64,000 nucleotides of DNA from a virus, in the IMG/VR virus record IMGVR_UViG_3300042914_002334, positions 64,001-128,000 of that record; one strand, 5' to 3'. The position numbers and the translations under genes are program-made. Shown here one piece after another: positions 9,738 through 16,902 of the stretch; positions within the stretch are counted from its first letter, which is position 1; every line of letters begins with the position of its first letter. A model generated the notes under the pieces. That model was not told where the DNA came from, did not search any database, and saw only the letters and a list, made by a program, of their open reading frames with translations.

Positions 9738-10145
9738 TCAAAGTCCTAACCCTTTGCAGCCAAAACTTCTCAACTCGGCCGCTGCCTGACTAAGCCTGTT
9801 ATGAGTAACTTCCAAAACAATTTCCTTGCCTCTTTCAACCAATTCATCATACATGTCCTTGGCTTCTTTCAAGCCAAGACCACGCCTATCAAAGACACGA
9901 ATTGCCTTTATGATAGAAATTTTATTTACGTGTGAGCCAAGATTAGTGATAACAATAGAAGAATCCATGCGACCAAGTAGCATGGCTTCAAATGTCCATC
10001 CCTTCAAATCGGGATCAACAGTGTCAGCCAACTGTTCCCACATTTCCATGGCACGGTCGCTGCCGTATACGTTTCCAAGAGCACGAAGAAACATCAAGCC
10101 GGAATCTGTCAGTTCTCTTTTTTGGTCACGCGAAATTTCAGTCAT
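9738..10145 (-). CDS. Ribosomal protein L7/L12 C-terminal-domain-containing protein
   Basis: NKISIIKAIRVFDRRGLGLKEAKDMYD matches the bL12 CTD signature KIxVIKxVR..GLGLKEAKD. Confidence 0.8.
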   Translation of the reverse strand: MTEISRDQKRELTDSGLMFLRALGNVYGSDRAMEMWEQLADTVDPDLKGWTFEAMLLGRMDSSIVITNLGSHVNKISIIKAIRVFDRRGLGLKEAKDMYDELVERGKEIVLEVTHNRLSQAAAELRSFGCKGLGL

Positions 10146-10147
10146 GA

Positions 10148-10642
10148 TTAGGATCCAGTAGACAATATCAAGGTGCGATAATCGTCATCTTCAACAGTAA
10201 AATTCTCAATGAAGATATGATGATTATCATCGCTGGTCTTGATGCATTCGTCTGCGGCGCGCCAGAGAGCGGCCCAAGTGTTGCCCTTAATTGAGGCTTG
10301 CACGGGCTTTGGACCCCAATGATGACGATAAACTACGCGATCTGCGTCACTGAAAGTATGCGGGCCATAAAGATTGTCAACCTCAAGCATAGACCATGCA
10401 GTGCTAAGACCCAATTCTTTCTTCACGGATTCATAGTGACTGTTCTTGCGATTGTATTCTCGCTCTTCCTGTTCGTAGACTCCATTCAGACCATCACGAA
10501 TCAGATTCTTAGCCTTTATCAAAAGTTGATACATTTCCGGATGAAGAACATTTTCCAAGCGGTCACATGCGTGGCGAAGATCGCACAGACCATTATGAAC
10601 TTTCTTGAATTCTTCAAGAGTGAGAGTGGGTGAGATATTCAT
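10148..10642 (-). CDS. Hypothetical early protein
   Basis: 164-aa ORF behind a promoter copy; TWAALWRAAD..HHIFIENF. Confidence 0.7.
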   Translation of the reverse strand: MNISPTLTLEEFKKVHNGLCDLRHACDRLENVLHPEMYQLLIKAKNLIRDGLNGVYEQEEREYNRKNSHYESVKKELGLSTAWSMLEVDNLYGPHTFSDADRVVYRHHWGPKPVQASIKGNTWAALWRAADECIKTSDDNHHIFIENFTVEDDDYRTLILSTGS

Positions 10643-10714
10643 TTTATGTTTCGTTGTGAGAAGTATTCAAACCAATTCGTAGACAATACAGTCTATCACG
10701 ATATCCATTTATTG

Positions 10715-10936
10715 TCAAATTCGCAACAATTGATCAAATTTAGCATTGGTGTTATCTTCCTGCTCTTGAATTTCGGCTAGGGCCTGCTTAAGTGTCTTTC
10801 CAGTAGTACCCACATACTGCACCCCATTTTTCCAGTGCGCGAACATACTCACGCCCTCGCGAAGACCGACGTAGTAGGCAGCTGATTGCCTGAGTTGTAG
10901 ATACTGATCCTGTTCGGGAGTAAAATTCTGAATCAT
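10715..10936 (-). CDS. Hypothetical early protein (73 aa; start revised to ATG 10936)
   Basis: ATG 1 nt after the upstream stop; MIQNFTPEQD...FAHWKNGVQYVGTTG. Confidence 0.65.
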   Translation of the reverse strand: MIQNFTPEQDQYLQLRQSAAYYVGLREGVSMFAHWKNGVQYVGTTGKTLKQALAEIQEQEDNTNAKFDQLLRI

Positions 10937-10937
10937 A

Positions 10938-11366
10938 TTATGCAGCCTCACGAAAATAGTCATACGGCAGACCATTACGATAGCACAGATATTCCCAATC
11001 TTCGCCGCAATCGTCGGCGTCCATGATCCAACGGAGTGCAGTTTCACGATTCTTGGCACCAAGATTGATAGTTTCTTCGATGCGCTTCGAGAAGCGGACA
11101 ACGAATTTAGACTCTTCCTCACGACGAATCTGTTCGGCACTCTCGATAGCCTTGCTCAGGCTCTCCAGTTCTTGACGAAAATCTTCGGCTGTCCAATGAC
11201 CGACATCCTGACCGCGAGGACGAAAACCATACGCATCCTTGTATGCGTCCCACCACTCAGTGTGCAATTGCTCAACCAACGACAATTGGTCCCAAGAAGG
11301 GAACTCTTCGGTTTGGGCCGCCTGCGCTTGGGAGAGAGTGATCTGAAAAACAGTGATTTGCGTCAT
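10938..11366 (-). CDS. Hypothetical early protein
   Basis: WDAYKDAYGFRPRG; preceded by a promoter/leader repeat. Confidence 0.7.
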   Translation of the reverse strand: MTQITVFQITLSQAQAAQTEEFPSWDQLSLVEQLHTEWWDAYKDAYGFRPRGQDVGHWTAEDFRQELESLSKAIESAEQIRREEESKFVVRFSKRIEETINLGAKNRETALRWIMDADDCGEDWEYLCYRNGLPYDYFREAA

Positions 11367-11435
11367 GTCGTTTGCTCAGTTGTCTATCTCAATGAATACA
11401 GTATATCAGAAATTGGATTTATTGTCAAATTTCGG

Positions 11436-11642
11436 TTACTCAACACGCTGGCGACTGATATGTGCGTCCAAAAACGACATAGCACTCTCGCCAAACTGTT
11501 TGATACCAGCCTCGTAAGCATCGTCATAACGCTCATAGACACCGTAAACTGTGCCACGATAGACAAGAACATTGACCACGCCAGGCTGATCTTCGGGAAG
11601 ACCCAGTGCCCTACGCAATTCTTCTCGGGTTCTCTTTGCCAT
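11436..11642 (-). CDS. Hypothetical early protein
   Basis: 68-aa ORF flanked by promoter repeats, GGAG RBS. Confidence 0.65.
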   Translation of the reverse strand: MAKRTREELRRALGLPEDQPGVVNVLVYRGTVYGVYERYDDAYEAGIKQFGESAMSFLDAHISRQRVE

Positions 11643-11697
11643 CAGTTGCTCCGTTGTCTCGACTATGAATATAGTATATCAAGAAATGAATTTATCG

Positions 11698-11862
11698 TCA
11701 AACTTGAGTCTCGATGTATTCATCTTCGATTTCTTCCATAGAATCGACCTCAGCATACACCCACTGAATAGGAATTTCCATCACTCGTGCGATAATCTGA
11801 GGCTCTTGATCACTTGCAAGACGATCTTGAATTTCAATAGAAATATCTGACATCTTAGACAT
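11698..11862 (-). CDS. Small acidic hypothetical protein (54 aa, not in ORF track)
   Basis: MSKMSDISIEIQDRL...EYIETQV*; AAGGA RBS; stop lies in the next -35 box. Confidence 0.6.
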   Translation of the reverse strand: MSKMSDISIEIQDRLASDQEPQIIARVMEIPIQWVYAEVDSMEEIEDEYIETQV

Positions 11863-11881
11863 GTTGTTTAATCCTTAAAAA

Positions 11882-12157
11882 TTACACAGACTGAAGCATC
11901 GAAGCAGGCACCTTCCAGAGCCTGGACCCAACTTGAATCAACATGTTCTTACGATTGACTTTTTGCACCAGACCGATCATGGTCTGACCAGTGCGAGAAG
12001 AAGTAAACTTTACCTCCGTGCCAACAGAATAAGTGTTCTTATTCTGACAAGCCAATTGCGCTCGTGCAAAAGTCACAGCAGAGATAATAGAATTCAGTTG
12101 TTCGTTCGTGAAGTCGCCAAACATGATAGCAGAATTGATGTCCTTGATCGTGTTCAT
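11882..12157 (-). CDS. Hypothetical protein, SH3/KOW-like C-terminus
   Basis: YSVGTEVKFTS..GLVQKVNRKNMLI..WKVPASML; promoter repeat with GGAG RBS. Confidence 0.7.
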   Translation of the reverse strand: MNTIKDINSAIMFGDFTNEQLNSIISAVTFARAQLACQNKNTYSVGTEVKFTSSRTGQTMIGLVQKVNRKNMLIQVGSRLWKVPASMLQSV

Positions 12158-12215
12158 TTAGAATCTCCAGTTGTCTAACTCAATGAATACAGTATATCAA
12201 AAATTGGATTATTTG

Positions 12216-12674
12216 TCAAATTTGGGGTTGAAGACGAGCCTTGATTTCCATGAAAAACTGATGATACTTTGCCATGCGGGCAATGTCCTTTTCGCTAACA
12301 CCCTTTAGACGCCGAATGTCGGTATTGTGTCGAAGATCAGCCATCTTGACGCGCATGGCATCCTCATTGGCAAATACACCATTCTTGTATTCTTCATAAG
12401 TCTGACCTGGCAGTTTGGTCAGAGAACGAATGCCATTGATAACTCGGTCGCTGATTCCAGCGTCACGCAAGTCCTTGTAGGTCGTAGAGGTATCTTCGAT
12501 AACATCGTGACCCAGTGCAATGCACATAAGTTCTTCGTCATCGGTCTTGAGATAGTGCATTACCTTTAGCGGATGCAGAATGTAGGGATTGCCCCCTCGA
12601 TCAAACTGGCCAGCGTGAGCGTTGGTAACAATAACCAACATTCTGTCAAGCATTTCGCCCTTTTTCATAATCAC
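12216..12674 (-). CDS. HD-domain hydrolase of the RelA/SpoT (small alarmone hydrolase, Mesh1-like) type
   Basis: AHAGQFDRGGNPYILHP, LGHDVIEDT, LTK, VKMADLRHN; start GTG 12674 or ATG 12668. Confidence 0.85.
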   Translation of the reverse strand: MIMKKGEMLDRMLVIVTNAHAGQFDRGGNPYILHPLKVMHYLKTDDEELMCIALGHDVIEDTSTTYKDLRDAGISDRVINGIRSLTKLPGQTYEEYKNGVFANEDAMRVKMADLRHNTDIRRLKGVSEKDIARMAKYHQFFMEIKARLQPQI

Positions 12675-12711
12675 CCTTTCTATCTATAGAGATATTATAG
12701 AGCAATGCTGT

Positions 12712-12966
12712 TTAATAGTCAATGTCTTCACAACCCAAGCGACGATTGAGAATCTTGCTATCCTCTTCATCACGGCTCTTGACGCGCAGACTGATACTTT
12801 CACCGTAGCACACGTAGCGATTGTCCTGAATGTAGCAGAATCCTGCGCCTATGATTTTGCTACGAGAGAAAAGCGCTCGGGCAACATCGGCGTGACTGGG
12901 GCCAACTTCGCTGAATATCACAGGAATTTGATCATCATTGATGATATACTTTGCCTTATAGATCAT
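12712..12966 (-). CDS. Hypothetical early protein
   Basis: 84-aa ORF with AAGGA RBS and own promoter. Confidence 0.7.
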   Translation of the reverse strand: MIYKAKYIINDDQIPVIFSEVGPSHADVARALFSRSKIIGAGFCYIQDNRYVCYGESISLRVKSRDEEDSKILNRRLGCEDIDY

Positions 12967-13020
12967 TTTGCTTTCCTTATCGTATAAGTTATTATGACAG
13001 AAATAACAATTTCTGTCAAA

Positions 13021-13281
13021 TCAGAGTTGATTCAGTTCCAGTTGCAATTCAGAAAAGTTCTTAAAAACTTGTGATCCAGTGCGACTGGACCGCAGAATTA
13101 GAAAGTTTCGATTGTAAATCTCGACCGTGGCGTCAAGAGTTCGAGCACGGCCAAAAGTGATACTCAAAAACTTGACGCCCTTTTTGTTGATATGACTACC
13201 TGTAAGAATTCCGTATGGGGCCGTAAAGTTCTGAGACTTGGCCCACGCTTCTATGGAAGAAAGAATTTCTTGACTGTTCAT
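13021..13281 (-). CDS. Hypothetical early protein (86 aa; start revised to ATG 13281)
   Basis: MNSQEILSSIEAWAK...; ATG 1 nt after the upstream small ORF. Confidence 0.6.
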   Translation of the reverse strand: MNSQEILSSIEAWAKSQNFTAPYGILTGSHINKKGVKFLSITFGRARTLDATVEIYNRNFLILRSSRTGSQVFKNFSELQLELNQL

Positions 13282-13282
13282 G

Positions 13283-13396
13283 TCAGCCGAACTCCGAATA
13301 GATTTCCATGTCAGTTTCGTATCGCTCGACAAATGCAAAAATTGCATCGTCGTCTTGCGACTCTTGAACTTGAGTTTCGATGTTGTCAGAATTCAT
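13283..13396 (-). CDS. Small acidic peptide (37 aa)
   Basis: MNSDNIETQVQESQDDDAIFAFVERYETDMEIYSEFG*; GGAG RBS directly after the promoter at 13420-13448. Confidence 0.5.
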   Translation of the reverse strand: MNSDNIETQVQESQDDDAIFAFVERYETDMEIYSEFG

Positions 13397-13444
13397 TTCC
13401 GTCTCCAACTAATAAAGAGAGTTTATCAAAACTCTTATTTATTG

Positions 13445-13900
13445 TCAAACAGAAAAATCCTCCATCCCAGAAACCTTTAGACGAACCAGATGCCCTAACA
13501 TAAAGTTTTTTGACTCTAAACCTTTCATCACTGCAAGATATCTGTTTCTAAGTAATGCGACCTCGTTGCAAAGCATTTCAGTATCGATTACTTCCTTTTC
13601 TCCTTCGACATATCTATCAACATCACGACTTGATAAAGCTCGTTGATAATTCTCCAGATATTTTTTAAAGTAAGAACTTTTGACTTTCTTTAGTTCTAAA
13701 TTAAGAAAATTCAAAACCGCTTCTACGGTTTGAAGTTGACTAAACCTCAAGTCAGTTATTCCTGGAAGTGCGGCAATATTTTTTTCTATGTTTCCTTTGA
13801 TGCTTACTTCCTGCTGAGCCGCCACTAACTCATTATCGTAATAAGAAAGAAAATCTGGCAATAATGCCAGATTTTGAGTGACATTGTGATACCAACTCAT
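13445..13900 (-). CDS. uvsY: UvsY-like recombination mediator
   Basis: Helical 151-aa protein with YLENYQRALSSRDVDRYVEGE, just downstream of uvsX. Confidence 0.7.
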   Translation of the reverse strand: MSWYHNVTQNLALLPDFLSYYDNELVAAQQEVSIKGNIEKNIAALPGITDLRFSQLQTVEAVLNFLNLELKKVKSSYFKKYLENYQRALSSRDVDRYVEGEKEVIDTEMLCNEVALLRNRYLAVMKGLESKNFMLGHLVRLKVSGMEDFSV

Positions 13901-13907
13901 TTAGATA

Positions 13908-14171
13908 TCATTCATCGTAATCTGATTCATAGTCAATATGATACGAATCATCGTCGTCAATTTCTTCCGAAGTATCTTCGACATAGAATTTAATGGCATC
14001 CAATACCTCGGCGTCACCATCAAATTCTTGTCTAATGTCATCTAAAGAATAATCATTATCCATAAGAATGATAACAAGATTGTCTGCGAGTTGCGCCTTA
14101 TCTTCTGGAAGAACATACTCGCTCATTAGATTCCATACATCCGCAATTGCGGTTAAGGTTGATTTACTCAT
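13908..14171 (-). CDS. Acidic hypothetical protein
   Basis: 87-aa ORF coupled to uvsX. Confidence 0.65.
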   Translation of the reverse strand: MSKSTLTAIADVWNLMSEYVLPEDKAQLADNLVIILMDNDYSLDDIRQEFDGDAEVLDAIKFYVEDTSEEIDDDDSYHIDYESDYDE

Positions 14172-15222
14172 CTGCTGTTTCCTCCATAGTTTCTGTAGTA
14201 GTCACTTTAGTTCCAAATTCACTCATTACCAAATCCATAATTCCATTCTCGTTTCTGTTCCACTCTTTTCTGAAATACTTATGAATTTCTCCATTGTTAT
14301 CAGTATAAGTGTAGCGATTGCCTTCTTTCTTGATCAATTGTCTCTTTTCAATTAGATCAAAAAATCCGCTGTAAGGATTCATTCCAGTTTCGTATGGAAT
14401 CTGAATCTGAATATCTTCGAACGGCTTAGCGTATCTGGTCTTCATAATTTTGCATCCAGCACGAATGCCCAATACATCAGTTACCTTGTTGCCGTCTTCG
14501 TCTTCCTTTAGTTTCAATTTCTTCATTGCAACTAAAATAGAACTGGCATATACGAAGCCTTGTCCGCCACTTACTACTGGGTCGGGATTATATGGGTCTT
14601 GAGATGCATAACTATGATTGGTGGCAACTAATCCAACATTATGATTACCAAACATATTGACGCAATTGGTAACCAGTGCCTTGAGAGCCTTTGCCTTTCG
14701 TCCCATATCTCCTTTAAGATCGCCTGCCTCAAACTGATTGAGTTCAGTAGGCGACATCAGCATGCCCAGCGAGTCAACAACGAACAGGACTTTGAAGCGA
14801 CTCTCTGCGGGCAATTCCTTATAGTCACTCATGAACTTTGAAATAGTTTTAGCTACATCGTCGATCATGGACATGTTAAGTTTTAGAATTTTGTCTTCAC
14901 TTGTGTCAACTCCTAACGCTTTGAGCCAGCTTTCGTCAAGCGCATTTTCGGAATCAATTAGAATAACAAAAATTCCTTGCGCTTGCGCGTTACGAACTAA
15001 ATTGCCACTACATATGTAGGACTTGCCGCTGCCGCTTTCTCCAGCAAACACAGTCACCTTACCCAGTGGCACACCCTTATTGAAGTCACCACTAATAAGA
15101 TAGTTGAGTGAGTAGTTGCCCGTGCTGACCCAATCAGTCGGGTCCGAGAAGCCAATGGACAGCCCATCAATTGACTTTGTTATTTCTTTACGGAACTTGG
15201 ATAGATCAAATGGTTTCGTCAT
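14164..15222 (-). CDS. uvsX: UvsX/RecA recombinase
   Basis: STGNYSLNYLISG, AGESGSGKS, IDSENALD, VVDSLG, ATNH, SGGQG motifs. Confidence 0.95.
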   Translation of the reverse strand: MTKPFDLSKFRKEITKSIDGLSIGFSDPTDWVSTGNYSLNYLISGDFNKGVPLGKVTVFAGESGSGKSYICSGNLVRNAQAQGIFVILIDSENALDESWLKALGVDTSEDKILKLNMSMIDDVAKTISKFMSDYKELPAESRFKVLFVVDSLGMLMSPTELNQFEAGDLKGDMGRKAKALKALVTNCVNMFGNHNVGLVATNHSYASQDPYNPDPVVSGGQGFVYASSILVAMKKLKLKEDEDGNKVTDVLGIRAGCKIMKTRYAKPFEDIQIQIPYETGMNPYSGFFDLIEKRQLIKKEGNRYTYTDNNGEIHKYFRKEWNRNENGIMDLVMSEFGTKVTTTETMEETADE

Positions 15223-15224
15223 AA

Positions 15225-15370
15225 TTATTTCCTAAAATAGCAATCTTGATATTTTTCATCTGTTGAATTTAATCTTTTTCTAATTGTTGGTTCACTGATA
15301 TTCATCGCTCGGGCAGCCTACATGATACCGTCAAAATCACCAAGTATGTAGGATCGAAGGGTTTTGTCAT
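15225..15370 (-). pseudogene. Relic of a homing endonuclease inserted at the uvsX 5' end
   Basis: Begins MTKPFDP (duplicating UvsX MTKPFDL); another frame reads DGIM*AARAMNISEPTIRKRLNSTDEKYQDCYF, a NUMOD1/IENR1-like HTH tail. Confidence 0.55.
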
Positions 15371-15372
15371 GT

Positions 15373-15612
15373 TTATTTTCCGTTTACTGCTTGCTTGTTA
15401 TTATACAAGCCAAAGAGTTGTTTGTCTAACAATTCCGGGCAACGATCTGCAAGTCTTTCAAATTCGTATTCCGAAGGATAGTGACGCAATACTCCTCGTG
15501 CTCGTTGTCTAACGATTCCAGGAACTCTTGGTGTTTTACCTGGGTCGCACAATTCTTCTAATAGTTTCTTGCCTTGTTTCAAGGCAAGAAACCTCTCGTC
15601 TGGTAGAGTCAT
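15373..15612 (-). CDS. Small protein resembling the BPSL0761 family
   Basis: MTLPDER...LLEEL...PRVP..VRQRARGVLRHYP pattern. Confidence 0.6.
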   Translation of the reverse strand: MTLPDERFLALKQGKKLLEELCDPGKTPRVPGIVRQRARGVLRHYPSEYEFERLADRCPELLDKQLFGLYNNKQAVNGK

Positions 15613-15625
15613 GTTTTTCTCCTAA

Positions 15626-15657
15626 AATAGATAGTAGAGGCATTTCTGCCTCTACTT
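15626..15657 (-). terminator. Hairpin/terminator after gp32
   Basis: AGTAGAGGCA-GAAA-TGCCTCTACT followed by ATCTATTTT. Confidence 0.65.
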
Positions 15658-15662
15658 GTTCA

Positions 15663-16742
15663 TCACGCTGGTTTGTTTTGGCGAGAACGAATCATTGCAA
15701 GTAGGTCTTGCGTCTTGCTGCCTGAAGCAGGCTGCGATGTCGATGCAGAAACTTGACTGACTCGCATAGTTTCATACTCAGTAGTGTCCCAAGGCGGAGA
15801 ATCGTCCTCGACAGTTGATGCAGCCTTTTGAACTGTCTGAGTTGGGTTAGAAACCGGAACACTTACTTTCTTTACAGACTCATAAGAACCTTCTTCGCCC
15901 ACTACATCATCAGAAGATGATCCACCGGTTTGAAGTCCCCATGGCTTGTAGTATGCTGCCCACTTATCTGGGTCATACATGCGTCCGTCAACACTTGCCT
16001 CAAATAGGTCCTTGATGATCTTCAATTCGCTTTCGCTTGGTTCCTTTGGAAGGAAATCACGAAGATTGTAAAGACCGTGCAATTCAATCGCGGCGCGTTC
16101 CGCCTCTGTTAGTGCAGTAGGGCCCTTCATAAATGCCCAATCACTGGTAGACCAGTCGGCATAGCCACCTGGGTTCTTAGTGCGAATGACCTTAAAATCA
16201 AGACCTTGATTGAAGTCGCTTGGCATGACATTAAAGTCGGGGTCTAGCAAACTCTTCTTGATGTTCTTGAAGATTTGAGGAGTTACGATGAAGCGGCGAA
16301 TTGGATTCTCTGGGGTTTCGTCATCTTGAAGACCATTCTGACGAACGAAACCTTGAAGAATATAACTACGCTTCTTCCAATACTTGTTTGCAGTTTCTTC
16401 CAAGGACTTATCCTTATACCAAGTGCGAACTTCTGCAAGAAGTGGGCACTTTTTGGATTCTCCATACATTTCGATGCATGGAACTTGAACCACAACTTCC
16501 TTGTTTTCGTTTTGACCCTTGATGCCAGCGAATGGCAATTTGATCATTTGTCGTTCTGTCCAGAAGTAAACATTTTCTGAGTCTGCATCTGGAAGAAAAC
16601 GAAGCAAAGAACTCGATCCGTCTGTTAGGTTCCAGTGCGGAAAGATGGACTTGTCTCCACCGATTTTCTTAGATTGTTGTTGATTTTGTTGTGAACGATT
16701 TTCTTGTGCCTGTAGTTTGGCACGCAATGCGGCTAATGACAT
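15663..16742 (-). CDS. gp32: Single-stranded DNA-binding protein, gp32-like (start revised to ATG 16742)
   Basis: LRFLPD, VPCIEMYG..CP, KYWKKRSY, GYADWSTS; acidic tail; AGGAG RBS before MSLAALRAK. Confidence 0.88.
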   Translation of the reverse strand: MSLAALRAKLQAQENRSQQNQQQSKKIGGDKSIFPHWNLTDGSSSLLRFLPDADSENVYFWTERQMIKLPFAGIKGQNENKEVVVQVPCIEMYGESKKCPLLAEVRTWYKDKSLEETANKYWKKRSYILQGFVRQNGLQDDETPENPIRRFIVTPQIFKNIKKSLLDPDFNVMPSDFNQGLDFKVIRTKNPGGYADWSTSDWAFMKGPTALTEAERAAIELHGLYNLRDFLPKEPSESELKIIKDLFEASVDGRMYDPDKWAAYYKPWGLQTGGSSSDDVVGEEGSYESVKKVSVPVSNPTQTVQKAASTVEDDSPPWDTTEYETMRVSQVSASTSQPASGSKTQDLLAMIRSRQNKPA

Positions 16743-16828
16743 TTTTAATCTCCTTCTAAATTGTAAAAAGTGTATTATAAACCAAGATATAAAGTGTAGT
16801 TGTCGGAGACAACACGACTTATGATTCA

Positions 16829-16865
16829 AGTATAAGATACTTTCGTCATCTGTCAATAGTATTTA
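16829..16865 (-). promoter_or_regulatory. Early (TTGACA-16-TATACT) and late (TAAATA) promoters for gp32
   Basis: Boxes at 16851-56, 16829-34 and 16860-65. Confidence 0.55.
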
Positions 16866-16902
16866 TCACTAATTTGGTAAAGTAGATAAAAATGTTCAAA
16901 AA

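Larger units (their letters stand above)
8866..13448 (-). repeat. Dispersed repeated early promoter/leader element (9 copies)
   Basis: -35/-10 pairs with 17-nt spacers at 8898-8926, 9713-9741, 10690-10718, 11400-11428, 11673-11701, 12191-12219, 12694-12722, 12991-13019, 13420-13448; four copies share about 55 nt (TTGACAATAAAT...TGATATACTGTATTCATTGAGTTAGACAAC.GAG). Confidence 0.9.

Noticed and set aside
7966-12987. Numerous plus-strand ORFs of 60-190 aa in the early region
   Set aside because: Antisense to minus-strand genes that have promoters and RBSs; expected in GC-richer sequence
8866-13448. Repeats as a CRISPR array or attC sites
   Set aside because: Spacing is gene-sized and irregular, copies are degenerate, non-palindromic and match sigma70 promoters; no cas or integrase gene in the window
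16743-16856. ORF-track N-terminal extensions of gp32 (also gp17, gp47, and the 10715 and 13021 ORFs)
   Set aside because: They run through promoters or upstream genes; downstream ATGs have an RBS, translational coupling or an adjacent promoter
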